A stretch of DNA of 64,000 nt from Eledone cirrhosa (Eukaryota). Numbering within the stretch: position 1 is the stretch's first letter; each line of letters starts with the position of its first letter. The notes below the pieces were generated by a model. It did not search any database and had not been told where the DNA came from. It saw only the letters and a program-made list of their open reading frames with translations. Both the position numbers and the translations under genes were made by a program. Below, in pieces: positions 11,951 to 24,704 of this stretch. Location: contig OZ024756.1 in NCBI GenBank assembly GCA_964016885.1, positions 13,082,001 to 13,146,000 of the forward strand. The letters are read 5' to 3'.

Positions 11951-12792
11951 GAAATACATACAACGTACACCACCAACGATGTAACTCCCGCATTTATACA
12001 AGTCCAGGAGAATTTCTAATAATTATTTTTACACTCAAATAGCCTATTGATTTTTTTTCAACGAACTGATCTATCCTTATTTCTTTCTCTCTCTCTTTTG
12101 TGTGGGGGAAGAGTTTTTGTAGCAAAAAAAAAAATGCCCACTGGATAACCTCAACGACGTTGGATTGCTTTTTCTCTCTCTTATATATTTATGTATATAT
12201 ATATTATATTAGGATGTCTTCTCTTGTGCTGGATAATTTAACACAATTTTTTTCTTCATGTATGTATATATATAAATATGTACATACATACGTGAGTGTA
12301 TATATATTTGTGTGTATGTAGATGTATTTTCGACGTTTTTTGCATTTATTTTACTAATGGCCGTCACTTTTCCAATATGTCGTCTTACGTTGTAGAGAAT
12401 GTGTCTGTATGTGTGTTAGTAGTGAGTGTATGTTATATTAGTGAGTGTATGTTGTATTAGTGAGTAAATGCGTGTGTGTGTGTGTTACTGTTTCTATGTT
12501 ACTAGTGTGTAAATGTATATTTGTGTTAGTACAGCATGTGTGTGGGGATGGAGTTAGAGAGAGTAGTAGGAGGAAGAATATCTCGCGGCAAGCTGTAGTA
12601 GAAGGCAGAGGTGTTGTTTGAAAGAGTGGGAGGGCAAAGGGCTAGGCTTTAGTGGTAGGAGGAGGAACAAATGTTTCGTCTTAAGAGGTATTTTCCATCT
12701 ACAACTCCACACAGCATAAAATGGAGTAATAAATAGCAGTTTCTGTTTCATGCTGCAAAAACTAGCGATACCCCCGTCACCTGTCCTGAGAG

Positions 12793-14302
12793 GTGTGGGG
12801 ATGGATGCACAAAGTTTGCCTATCTCGAGACCCCAGAGAGGGTCCGGAAGGGAACAAACAACCCTTACAGGTAAGGGAGCAGAGACTGGCAGAGGAGGCT
12901 AGATACTATCGGTTAGATATAGTCGGGGTTTCCTCAACAAAGTTCCGTGGTTCTGATATTGTAGATTTGGATGGAGGATGGAAACTCCGCTATTCAGGTG
13001 TGGTATCAGAAATGACCGCACAGGTGGGAGTAGGGATATTCACAAGCCACGGCTGTCATAATGTGTTATGGACTGGATCCCGTTAGGAGGGAGTTGCTCA
13101 AGCTTATGCATCAAAACAAGGAGTCCGAATATAGGTCCTTGATGAAGTCACTGCAGCGTTAGATGTAGTTAAGACTGAGTCATATATCCTGATGGGAGAC
13201 TTAAATGCTCATGTTGGCACTGACGACCTGACATGGAAAGGAGAGGCCTTACTAGACTTCTGCAATGGACTCTATTATGAACACCTTTTTCCAGTAAAGG
13301 AACATCCATAAATATATATGGTACAAGGGGAATCAAGGACAGAGATCAATAATTGATTTTGTTATCTCTGATCTCTTCTATTCTGTGCTGGATGTTCATA
13401 TTAAGAGAGGGAGCTGAGCTGACACCTGATCACCATCTAGTTATCTGCAAGTTGAGACTAACTAAAGCCAAGGGAGCCCACAAAACTGGCAGGTCCAGGG
13501 CGACCTACAGGATATAGTGGGAAGCATTGGTGGATAAGGAAGTCAGGACCAGGTATGCAAATACTATTGCATCTGAATTCAGAGAACTTCCTGAGCAAAT
13601 TGGGGACATGGAGATTGTTCAGTACAGCAGTTTCTGCTTCAGCTGTTAAATGCTGCAGGCGAAAGAGGCTTGGTGTGCCAGATGGCAGGAGGACCCTTTG
13701 GTTCAATCAAGATGTCAAATAGGCCATCTGAGCAAAGAAGGAGGCTTACAAAGCTTAGCTTGGAAATAATTCCTCTTCCTTGCACTTGCAGTATTACCAG
13801 GCATGAAGAATCACAGCAGAGACAGTAAAGGCATACAAAGTGAAGACATGGGAGGACTTTGGGTTAAACTGGAATTTGACCTCAGATCAGTAAATAAAGT
13901 GTTCTGGCAGACCATCTGCCGTCTTTATAATAAGAAGTCCTCCTCCACACCTGCTATCAAAAATGCATCTAGGGTTCTCCTCTTCAGAGAGGTGCATCTT
14001 TGCGAGGTGGAGAGAATAATTTGCTGATCTTTGAAACCCAATCATATCTAATGTACGCAAGGTGCATCTGGGAGCGATGACTAATCTCTCGGAGGCTGAA
14101 GTCATAAGAGCAGTTAAAGAGCTCAAATGTGGCAAGGCTGCCGGGGAAGATGAAATCCAGCCCGAGATGTTAAAAGCCTTAAATAGAGAAGGTATTCTCT
14201 GGCTGACTTGTGTGTGTTGGGTGGCCTGGATCTCTGGAAAGGCACCTAAAAATATATATATATGCAAGCAGGGAAAAGCGGACGTAAAATGATGATGATG
14301 AT
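12793..14302 (+). mobile_element. Decayed RTE-clade LINE (APE endonuclease and start of RT) joined to a (GAT)n tail
   Basis: RLDIVGVSSTK, ILMGDLNAHVG, SIIDFVIS, DHHLV, ELKCGKAAGEDEIQPEMLKAL; many stops and frameshifts; tail GGGAAAAGCGGACGTAAAATGATGATG at ~14270-14302. Confidence 0.85.
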
Positions 14303-15064
14303 ATAAGTCATGGAAACATGAAACGAACAACAAGAGGATGCAATAATGAAGTGTATTAGTTTCATGCTTTGAGAAAGAGGAATGAGTTTCATAGTCAGCA
14401 TATCGGGCATTTGCCCTTTATCAGGAATAACACAAAAGGAAAATAACATTAACAAGTGAAAAATACAAAAAAAATAATAAAAAATAAATAAAAGTTATTT
14501 GAAATAATGTCAGGAAGAAATTACAAAAATAAAACTATAAAGGAGGAGATGGGGGGGGGGGGGGAGTGGTCCGTCGTCCTTTTTTGGGGATCGCAGATGT
14601 CCTGTGGGTGTTGTGTTGGTGGAGGTGTGTGTTCGTACATATGTGTATGCTGTTATGCGTGTTTAGCAGAGATGTGTGGTTGCATATATAGGTGTATACA
14701 TGTGTATGTGTGTAGGCTCCGAGGTGGATATAATCCAGATGAGTTAAGAAGGTTGAAAGTCACGGAGGTTGGCGACGCTGGTGGTAGTGGTTAAAATGGA
14801 ATAGAGAAATTAATGTGGGTAGTTGCAGGAGATGTGTGTTTGGGGGTGGCAGATGCTGGTAGCAGGATTCTAAGGAAGAACTTTGAGGTGGGTGTTATAT
14901 ACAGCGGTCAGATGGAGTTCAGGAGATTGAGGTCGAAGGAGTGTATGGTGGGTGAGGGAGAAAGGCGGTGTGACAGGTCAAAGTCATACAGAGGGGGTTG
15001 GGGCACTGGTGGTGGTGGGGGTTATGCCGGTGATGAGCATGCTCTCGCATATATATATATATAT

Positions 15065-17085
15065 TAGGGTGTTCCAGAATCCCACATTTTACACAAAAAG
15101 TGTTTTTTTCTTAGCCCCCTATGCATATTCTCATGCCATTTTGTATATTATCAGTTTATAATGTAATTTTGATTATTTCAGAGTAATTTAAGCCTTGCCT
15201 AATAGTTGCAAATTGGCAGAATAATGGCGGAAACCAGTGGGCCTAGTTGTAGCTACTCGCTCCGTTGTGATGATCGAGAAATATGGCTCCTGGGGCAATA
15301 TGTTACATCCTTTTCACCAAACAAAATACCAACAAAGGGGGATGTTAAGATATTTCTTCTACCTGAAAGATGGTCCTATGAAACACAAAAAGCATGTGAG
15401 CTTCAATGGTGCTATTGTGGATAGGCTGGTGATGGAAGTAGTTAGTCAGTGGGAAAAAGCTGGTGTGGCGACTCAACGAAAGACAAAGTGAAACTGAAAA
15501 TTATGAACATGTACAGTGAATACAGAAATTTACAAAAAAAAACAAAGGTTCTAAGTCAAACAAAGAAAAGGAAGCACTATTTATTTCTGAATTGGATTTG
15601 TATTTCTACATTGCACACACTGGTGCCGAAAAGAAAATTTTGAAAGACCGTCTTCGTAATAATGAACAGAAAATGGAAGATGCTACATTTCTTGAAGCCC
15701 TGCGTTGCCAGAAAAAAGTATCTCTGGGTGCTGAAGACAAGGGTTACCAGAAAAAGGTATCTTCAAAGTTTAAGCGTGATCAGGTTTCTGTGGCTCGTCG
15801 AGAGTCAGAGAATCCATTTCAAAGTCCAAAAATTTCTCTAATGGATGATCGGCCAGAGAACAGCATTTATGGCATCGATTATTTCTGAGGGTGGGACTGA
15901 CATAGACGCCACAACTCTCTCCAAGAATAGTAGAAGATGTGCAGCTAAGAAGATCAGAACTGTGGGGGCTGAACACAAAGGAACACTTTGCTGTACCAGA
16001 CTTTGTTACCTTGCATTGGGATGGCAAAATAATTCCTGGTGACCAGGAGAGGCTAGGTGTGCTAGTTGCTGGAACTCCGGACTTCAGAGAAGGTAAACTC
16101 CTCGGTGTTTCCATAATTCCTGATAGCACTGGAACCACCCAAGCCAAAGCATCATTTGATCTTGTTAAAGATTTGAATGTTGATGGGTCTGTGGTGGGCT
16201 TGGTCTTCGACACCACTGCTTCGAATTCTGTATGGAAAAAATGGTGCCTGCGTGAAACTAGAAGAGATGCTCAACAAAAAGGTGTTTTATTTTGCTTGTC
16301 AGCACCATGACATGGAGCGTATCTTGTGTGCAGTGTGGCAACAACTATTCGGAGCAATGTCCAGTCCAGACACCCCAGAGTTCAAGGAGTTAAAAAAGAT
16401 TGGGTGTCACTCACGGACAAGACCAACTTCAAAACATTGAACATTGTCAACTGGAGACTCAAGCGCCTGTGTTCTGAGAACATCAAGTTCCGCCAAGATT
16501 TGCTGACATCCGATGATGGGAAAATAAGTTCTCTTCCACTTGACGACTACCTAGAATGTGCCTAGTTGATGTTGACCTTGCTTGGTGTCACCCCTCCTCA
16601 TGGAATTCATTGGATGTTGCCTGGTGCACATCATAACGCTCGGTGGATGTCCACAAATATCTATAGTGCAAAGATGTACGCATTTGGTGAGCGACTCAAT
16701 TACAATCAAGCTAAAATGGAAAAGTTGCGCCGGATCTGTATGTTCAGTGCTCTGTTCTACGTATGATACTGGTTGACAGCAGTCATCTGTGCCGATGCAC
16801 CATCCAATGACCTTCAATTCTATGTGGAGTTGACAGATCTCTCGCAGGCAGCCACTACTGTTCTGAGCAGGCATCTTTGGTGCTCCAGTATTTCCCCCGA
16901 GTTGAAGTCGTCCACGAAGCTGCCTCATCTATTCGATCTCCTTGGTCTCGAGGATACTTGGCTTGAGCTGTCACCTGCAACTTGGTCATCACAAGCGTCA
17001 TATCAGAATGCCTGTGCTGTTGTTTACAATATCAAGGTAGTCAACGATCTGGCGGAGAGAGCAGTCAAGTTGATAACTGATTTTG
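15065..17085 (+). mobile_element. Decayed hAT-related (hATm-like) DNA transposon, transposase pseudogene, 3' truncated
   Basis: Starts TAGGGTGTTCC; frameshifted ORFs contain VTLHWDGK, GLVFDTTASN, FACQHH, PGAHHNARWM, HLW and KVVNDLAERAVKLITDF. The subfamily assignment is from motif memory. Confidence 0.75.
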
Positions 17086-17904
17086 TTGTTGTATCCATGT
17101 ACTGGTGTGTGAGTGAGTAGGTGTGCTGGTGGAGGAGTTTGTGTGTAGTTGGGGTGGTTCTGGGTGCCTGAGTGGAAGGTGGTCTGTTCAATCCAGGTGG
17201 GGTAAAGAATTGGAGAGAAAAAATAAGGTACTTTTCCTTCTGAGATGTGATTCAGGTGGTCCAGTGCACGTGACGAGGCTGAAAATTGAGGTGGTCAGTG
17301 GTGTGTCTAGGCAGAGCAGAAATGTCGGCTGATGGGAGACGGGCTACTTAGTCAGATGTCCCAGAGGTGCTTGGCAAATCTGTCTACCAAATGGCGGCCG
17401 GTTTGGCTAATATAGAAGGCATCGCATAGCGTGCATCGGATCCCGTAAACGAGATTCGTGGGCTGCAGCAGCAGGAGTCCCAGTTTACACTGTATACTAG
17501 GTGTATTTTATTGTGCAATTGGAATATAGCTTTGAATTATATATAATTTGTATATGCATAGATATATGTATTGCAAGATTCTTGATGTGAAATCGTGTGT
17601 TGAAACGTTATATTTGGGGATGGTTATGTTGCCAATATTGCCAATAAAAAGAAAGACGCACTATTTTCTCTTCAGCTTTATTATTAGTTAGTTCGTCAAA
17701 GTTATTTCATCACATATTCTGTGACCTCCTCAATGGCTTTTTTCCTCTTCTTTTTTTGTCTTATTTTGTTTACTTCATCTTGTTTTTGGAGTTTAAGACT
17801 GGCTTCCCATAGGAAAACCCATATGCCGGTGAATTAGAGAAGAAATTCCAGACATCGCCATCATATCGGGAATCAACTTTGCAAAGGCTAAAGTTTTAGT
17901 AAAT

Positions 17905-18085
17905 AATTGTTTCTACTTTTGGCACAAGGCCAGCAATTACTCAGTACATTACTGGTACTTTATTTTATCGACCCTGTAAGGACGAAAAGCAAAGTTAACC
18001 TCGGCGTGATTTGAACTCAGACCATAAAGGGCCGTAACTCTTTGCTGCAAAGCATGGCGTCCGACCCTCTAGCGATACTGCCAAT
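17905..18085 (-). mobile_element. tRNA-derived SINE (same family as 6575-6743)
   Basis: Reverse complement contains B-box-like GAGTTCAAATC and the central GC(T/C)TTTC.TCC...GGGTCGATAAAATAAAGTACCAG motif. Confidence 0.75.
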
Positions 18086-18087
18086 AA

Positions 18088-18980
18088 TAAAGAAAAGAAA
18101 GCCCAGGTTACCTCAGGGAAGTAGCCTTACTTGGTATGTAGAAAAGAAATCTCAGGTTACCCCAGGGAAGTAGCCTTATTCGGTATGTAGGAAAGAAAGC
18201 TCAGGTTACCTCAGGGAAGTAGCCTTGTTCAGTATGTAGAAAAGAAAGCCCAAGTTACCTCAGGGAAGTAGCCTTGTTCAGTATGTAGAAAAGAAAGCCC
18301 AGGTTACTTCAGGGAAGTGGCCTTGTTCAGTATGTAGAAAAGAAAGCCCAAGTTACCTCAGGGAAGTGGCCTTGTTCAGTATGTAGAAAAGAAAGCCCAA
18401 GTTACCTCAGGGAAGTGGCCTTGTTCAGTATGTAGAAAAGAAAGCCCAGGTTACTTCAGGGAAGTGGCCTTGTTCAGTATGTAGAAAAGAAAGCCCAGGT
18501 TACTTCAGGGAAGTGGCCTTGTTCAGTATGTAGAAAAGAAAGCCCAGGTTACTTCAGGGAAGTGGCCTTGTTCAGTATGTAGAAAAGAAAGCCCAGGTTA
18601 CTTCAGGGAAGTGGCCTTGTTCAGTATGTAGAAAAGAAAGCCCAAGTTACCTCAGGGAAGTGGCCTTGTTCAGTATGTAGAAAAGAAAGCCCAAGTTACC
18701 TCAGGGAAGTGGCCTTGTTCAGTATGTAGAAAAGAAAGCCCAAGTTACCTCAGGGAAGTGGCCTTGTTCAGTATGTAGAAAAGAAAGCCCAGGTTACTTC
18801 AGGGAAGTGGCCTTGTTCAGTATGTAGAAAAGAAAGCCCAAGTTACTTCAGGGAAGTAGCCTTGTTCAGTATGTAGAAAAGAAAGCCCAGGTTACTTCAG
18901 GGAAGTGGCCTTGTTCAGTATGTAGAAAAGAAAGCCCAAGTTACCTCGGGGAAGTAGCCTTGTTCAGTATGTAGAAAAGG
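18088..18980. repeat. Minisatellite, 49-bp unit, ~18 copies
   Basis: Unit AGAAAAGAAAGCCCAGGTTACTTCAGGGAAGTGGCCTTGTTCAGTATGT. Confidence 0.95.
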
Positions 18981-19045
18981 AGTAGGTAGAAATTTCATCT
19001 TATGTACAAAATTAAGTTATACGTACATAGAATACTACCACAGCT

Positions 19046-19170
19046 GGCGGTGAATTGGCTGAGTCGTTAGAGCGTCAGATAGAATGCTTTGTGGTATTCG
19101 TTCCTGCTCTCTGAGTTCAAATCCCACCGCAGTCAACTTTGCCTTTCATCCTTTCAAGGTCGATGAAAAA
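19046..19170 (+). mobile_element. tRNA-derived SINE 5' part
   Basis: GGCGGTGAATTGGCTGAGTCGTTAGAGCG (A-box-like), GAGTTCAAATCCC (B-box) and GCCTTTCATCCTTTCAAGGTCGAT. Confidence 0.7.
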
Positions 19171-19390
19171 AAAGAACCAAAAGAACCTCTCTGGGAGAAA
19201 TCTGCTGGAGAAGGATGGGCTCTACCAGGCTTCAAATGCCCAAGAAACGCTGAGTAAGAAATGTAGGAGAGTATGGAAGTCCTCTCTGTTAAATGTAGGA
19301 TGATATGAGAGGAAGATTTAGAAGTTCCTACATGACAACCTTCTGCAGGCTACTGAGAAGAGAGTGACCTGGTGAAGGAACAGCTGTTAA

Positions 19391-19582
19391 CCCTTCAGCA
19401 TTTAAACCAGCTGTATCCAGCCAGAATTCTCAAACCGGCTGTAATCATCCACTCATACTGATGTTAAGGTATTGTTATTAACATAAATAATATCAAAATC
19501 TCATAGATTCGATATTATGTGAGATACAGCTTTTACCATGAAAATATAATAGTATATATAGAGTAATGTAAATGCTAAAGGG
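19391..19582 (+). mobile_element. piggyBac-type MITE
   Basis: TTAA at 19387-19390 and 19583-19586; TIRs present. Confidence 0.85.
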
Positions 19583-19992
19583 TTAAAGGCATGAGACAAG
19601 TGTGGAAAAACTGAAAAACTGGGGGTAGCAAAGACCAGTATCAGGTAGATAAAAGAGAATAAAGAAACTGAAAGCAAACAGTTTGCCAATGTCCTGCAAT
19701 GTGAAGTGTTCCACATCACAAATCAGTGTGCCTGTGTGAATCAAGATTTTTGGGAAAAGTGTATTGAAAATGACATTAATGCACTTAATATCACTGATTC
19801 TCAAAAGAAAGAAGTCTGGAAATGCTATGAAAGATTTATATGAAGAAGTGGGAAGAAGAAAGACTGCCTCCAACTGATCCAACAGAAGGATCAGCTGTTA
19901 AAATTGATGGTTAGAGGGTCAAAGAAACAAGGTGAAAAATGATAAAGCCATGTTTGCAGACATAGTTGCTGAGATCTTTTAAGAAGGGTTAA

Positions 19993-20296
19993 CCCTTTAG
20001 CATTTACATTACTCTATATTTACTATTGTATTTTGATATTATTTATTTTGAGAACAATACCTTAACATAAGTATGAGTGGCCAGCTACAGCCGGTTTGAA
20101 CAGAAAGAGGTGAGAGAATTCTGACCAGATACGGCTGGTTTAAATGCTAAAGGGTTAACATAAGTATGAGTGGCCAGCTATGGCCGGTTTGAACAGAAAG
20201 AGGTGAGAGAATTCTGGCCTGATACGGCCGGTTTAAATGCTAAAGGGTTAACATAAGTATGAGTGGCCAGCTACGACCGGTTTAAATGCTAAAGGG
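19993..20296 (-). mobile_element. piggyBac-type MITE with one arm triplicated at TTAA junctions
   Basis: TTAACATAAGTATGAGTGGCCAGCTA...TAAATGCTAAAGGG repeated three times. Confidence 0.8.
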
Positions 20297-20449
20297 TTAG
20301 CATGCACTCTGTTTTGACTGGGTCTATCTCCTTTTCTGATCCAGTGTGATGTGTTCTTGAGCAAGACACTTTATTTCACGTTGCACCAATCCATTTAGCT
20401 GAAAAAGAATTAGTTGCAATGTCACTCATGTGAAGCAGTGTCAACCTCT

Positions 20450-21192
20450 GGCTTTCTGGCGTTACACAGTAATACAGAAGACCCAACTTCCCACAGGCTG
20501 AAGCTGAAGCATATACAGTACGCCACCCTGCTACTGTAAAGTGGTTGTGTAGGTGTCACGACAAGCACCCAGTCCACACTGTAAAGTGGTTGTGTAGGTG
20601 TCACGACAAGCACCCAGTCCACACTGTAAAGTGGTCGTGTAGTTGTCATGACAAGCACCCAGTCCACACTGTAAAGTGGTCGTGTAGGTGTGTCACAACA
20701 AAAAGCACCCAGTCCACACTGTAAAGTGGTCGTGTAGGTGTGTCACAACAAAAAGCACCCAGTCCACACTGTAAAGTGGTCGTGTAGGTGTCATAGCAAC
20801 AAAAAGCACCCAGTCCACACTGTAAAGTGGTCGTGTAGGTGTCACAACAAAAAGCACCCAGTCCACACTGTAAAGTGGTCATGTAGCTGTCACAACAAGC
20901 ACCCAGTCCACACTGAAGTGGTCATATAGATGTCAACAAAAAGCACCCAGTATTCACTGTAAAGTGGTCATGTAGGTGTCATGACAAAAAGAAGCCAGTA
21001 TACACTGTAAAGTAGTTATGTAGGTGTCACAACAAAAAGCACCCAGTACACACTGTAAATGAGTTTGGCATTAAGAAGAGCATCCAGTTCTGTACAAGCA
21101 AGACATAGTCACCTGACCTAGCATTACTCACAACAGGACAACTCGTCTAACCCATGCTATCGTGGAAAAATGGATGTAAAATGGTGATGATG
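20450..21192 (+). repeat. RTE/SINE 3' UTR with an internally amplified ~46-50-bp minisatellite
   Basis: Unit AAAAGCACCCAGTCCACACTGTAAAGTGGTCGTGTAGGTGTCACAAC, followed by the element tail ending TGGATGTAAAATGGTGATGATG. Confidence 0.85.
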
Positions 21193-23179
21193 AACACCAG
21201 CGGTATGGAGAAGGGAGACAGATATGGTCTATAAAACACCTTCAACAGGCTTGTATTTTAATGAAGAACTTCAGAAGTGCAAACCCTTAGTATTGACTGA
21301 ATGGATCCTTGAATTTCTTTAAATACAAAAATAGAATATTCTCAACCTACATTTCTTAAGCCTTTACAGAAGAGGGGGGCATGGCTCCCCCAATAATTAA
21401 TTTTTCTTACCAAACTACCAAAACACATCCATTTGTATATGCACTACAATTTATGTTTATCACATATGAAAGTTTTTTTTATATATCTTGGTTGATATTT
21501 GATAACAGTGTTATAACTTTTTCTCTACATATCAATATTTGCCAATTGCTAGTATGTGCATTCAGGAGCAGATTTCATAGGTCATTTTGCTGTAATAACT
21601 TTATAATTATTGAAAGCTGTATATGTAATATGACCTGCTTGGACTCAAATTGCATTTTCTGACCATTTTAGAGTGCAAAGAGCTAAACTAAATCAGAAAT
21701 GCTTCCTCTGCCCCTGTCTTAGTGACAGTAAAATTCAGTTAAAATATGCAGTTTATGTGGCATTTTGAAAATGAAAATAATGAATAATTTGAAGGATTTA
21801 GTAATATAACTAACAACCTCATTAAGAAGTGTCCGTATGATATTATAATGGAAAGTTTTAATTTAAACACAAACACTTTTAAAAGGGGAAGTATTTGTTT
21901 TGAGCCAGTCTTACATAGTTCGGTACGAAAATGGTTAAAAACAAATCAAACCCAAACTAAAATGGTAGCCAATTACATGACTATGGGTAAGTCAGATGTA
22001 TGCGAAAAACGTCCAAAAAAGCTAGTGGCACAAGGGAGATAACTTCGTGAATTTTTCATGCTTAGAGAAAGGAGAGTCTAGTCTGTATAAATGTGAAAAT
22101 CAATACAGAATTAATCAATAACCTGGATAATCCAATTATTATTAAGGAGGTCATTTGAAGATCAAAGGTATCCATCGAAGAGTTGTCATGAAATCTTTGA
22201 TGTCCCACTGTTCATCTTATTCGAGCTGAGTACAGCATACTGTCCCTTTTTGTGGCATCTATTTACAATTAAGTGGACGGAGATATTAAAATAAAAATAA
22301 CAACTCTAAACATAACAAACTAAAATCACGTAACAAATATCTTTCCTCAGGCGTGATCACCTCATCTCAATATAGTGACGCAAAGACTGATTAAAGACAA
22401 TATAAAACGTTCTGGAGTTACGCTTTAAACAACCTTAACTATGGAATAAAATCGAAGACATAACGAAACAATGGAATAGATATCTATAAATTTATACACC
22501 AAAATAAAAATAATAATTTCCACAGGTAGCCATTTGGCACATATTAACACGTTGTTGATCCGAAAGTTAAAAATACCCTATATTTCTCTTCTACAAAAAT
22601 ATATTTATTAAGAAAACTAAACCCAGCCTGCAACAGTGTAAGTAGAAGATCAACGGTGTAAATTTCTCCTGAGGTCTGGGAGGTTCTAGTGAAGGTAATG
22701 AGCAGTGCTGGCATTACTATTCTCAACATATAAGACATTTAAAATTATATTGTGATAAAACTAGCGTCGTAAATTACGAGGCTGCGGTAAAATTCCAAAT
22801 AATGAGATGCTACGCAGGGCATTCTACATGTGAATGGAATTCCACGGAAACAGGCGAAGTTCATCTCATCCAGGGACGGAAAGCAGGAAGCTGAGCTTAG
22901 TGCAAGAATTGCAGGAGTAAAAGAGACGCAAATCAATGGTTTATTAATTAACTATTTTTTATCATGCATAATTAAATAAACCCACGAAAATTGATTAATA
23001 CTAGAGAAGTTGGAGGCTTCCTATGATAAAATGTAACTTCCGGCGATATCAGAATTGAATAAAATTCATGGCTTGGGCTGTGTATATACTATGAAAATAT
23101 ATATAATACTGTTAGCTGTAATAAAAAATAAAAAAAATGAGATGAAAAAACTGAATTTAATTTTGTTTGATTACTAAAT

Positions 23180-23600
23180 ACAGGAGATGCTGTAAAACAA
23201 AAGCCAGCAGAACTCGACCGCGGAGACAGCAAACACCCCCACGGAATTACCCTCTTCTCATTCGAAGCAGGTAGATCCCTCCCGTTGGACGTCACATACT
23301 GTGACACGTTCACTACTTCCAGCTTAGTCGCTTTTTCCACAAACCCCGATACTGCGGCCCTCAATGCAGAGGAAAGGCAGACAAACATATACTGGGGATT
23401 GTCCGGCCGCCGTCGAAACCTCAGGCGTACTTGGATCCCGTGATTAGAAGGTCAGCAGCCCGTCTGAAGGAGATCCGTGAGGTGTCGCTGGCCATTGTCC
23501 TAGGAAATGCTTTTGCGGTCTTGGCGGCGCGCAGCCCCAGCACCGCCGTGCCCTCGGCCCAGAGCTCCCTACCACCTTCTTCGTTCTTTCTGTGGACTTA
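23180..23600 (-). other. GC/CpG-rich segment divergent from SRPRA; candidate first exon or structured RNA
   Basis: Sharp rise in GC and CpG relative to the flanks; nested self-complementary stems; possible donor AGG|GTAATT at 23251/23250; no recognisable protein. Confidence 0.4.
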
Positions 23601-23779
23601 GAGTCCTTGCTTTTCCCCTCATTTATGGCTTACATATTCCTTTCCTCTACTTTCCCAGACAGCCAGATCTGCCCTTTCCAAGTTTCTCATTTCTTAATTT
23701 TGCTTATATCTTTCTTTCTTATATCTATTTATCTTTTGAAAATAAAATTTCTGATTTTCATTAAGTTTGTCGGAATGAT

Positions 23780-23825
23780 GTTATAAACGTCACTTCCTGT
23801 GAAGTGACTCTTGTAACGTCAACAG
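23780..23825. promoter_or_regulatory. Probable core of a bidirectional promoter (ETS-like CACTTCCTG, CRE half-site, inverted repeat GTCACTTC-CTGT-GAAGTGAC)
   Basis: Motifs at 23788-23808, ~280 bp upstream of the SRPRA ATG. Purine skew flips here (CT-rich to the left, AG-rich to the right). Confidence 0.5.
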
Positions 23826-24079
23826 TATTAGAACTCTTGCACGAGAGAGAGTGAAGGAAGTAGTAAGAGGAAGCTTAAGAGAGGGAAACAAAGTGAAGGG
23901 AGCAGCAATGAGTAAGAGAGTAACGAAGGAGGAAAGGTAAGAGAAGGATTATAGATATATATATAAATTTAAAGAGAGGGGGAGAATTAGAAAGGTATAG
24001 TATTTAAGAGTAAAAAGAAAGAGTGAGAGAGTAAAGCTTTAGTTTACTTTAGCTGTCGTCGTTATCAGAATTGGTTAAC

Positions 24080-24196
24080 ATGTTGGACTTCTTCAGTATA
24101 TTTAGTAAAGGTGGCATCGTTCTTTGGTGTTTCCAGGGAACATCGCAGTGGTTTACACCATCTGTTAATGCTTTGATCAAGAGTGTTCTTCTACAA
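24080..24196 (+). CDS. SRPRA: SRP receptor alpha subunit, coding exon 1 (SRX/longin domain start)
   Basis: MLDFFSIFSKGGIVLWCFQGTSQWFTPSVNALIKSVLLQ matches the conserved SRalpha N-terminus; donor GTGAGC at 24197; phase 0. Confidence 0.95.
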
Positions 24197-24635
24197 GTGA
24201 GCGAAATTCCTTCCTTTTTCACTCTTCATTATATTTCAGCTTCATTTCAAGATTCGTTCATTGCCAACCTGTTCTGTCCCGTTTTAGACACGTCTTATTT
24301 CCCAGATGCACATGTAATCACAAATTCTCACACACATACACACACACATATATATATTATATAACGTTTAAAATAAACTTAAATGATGTATTTATATACA
24401 AGCTAACGGTGGCTAGTAATTATATATGTATACACACGTGTATTATATGTATGTACATATGTGTTATAACACGTGTGTATGATATCTACTTCTTTCTCAC
24501 ACACACACGCACACATGATTTCCTTCGAATGAAACAGTTCCAGTCCTGTAGAAGCCATTCCTATATTAAATTTTGTATACACTCTACAAATGTATCGAGT
24601 ATCTTACTATGGTTACTCCCGATTGAACCCAGGAC

Positions 24636-24704
<69 letters not shown>

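Noticed and set aside
23291-23305. Iron-responsive-element-like hairpin
   Set aside because: The loop on the minus strand is CAGUAU rather than CAGUGN and the bulged C geometry is missing.
23089-23388. 99-aa minus-strand ORF MFVCLSSALRAAVSG... as a protein-coding gene
   Set aside because: No recognisable homology; it runs into AT-rich low-complexity sequence and no in-frame downstream exon was found. Kept only as part of the divergent-transcript hypothesis.
23180-23600. Telomerase RNA, 7SL, 7SK or RNase P/MRP identity for the GC-rich segment
   Set aside because: No CTAACCCT-type template on either strand, no 7SL Alu-domain start, no properly spaced P4 motifs; the paired GATC motifs alone are insufficient for 7SK.
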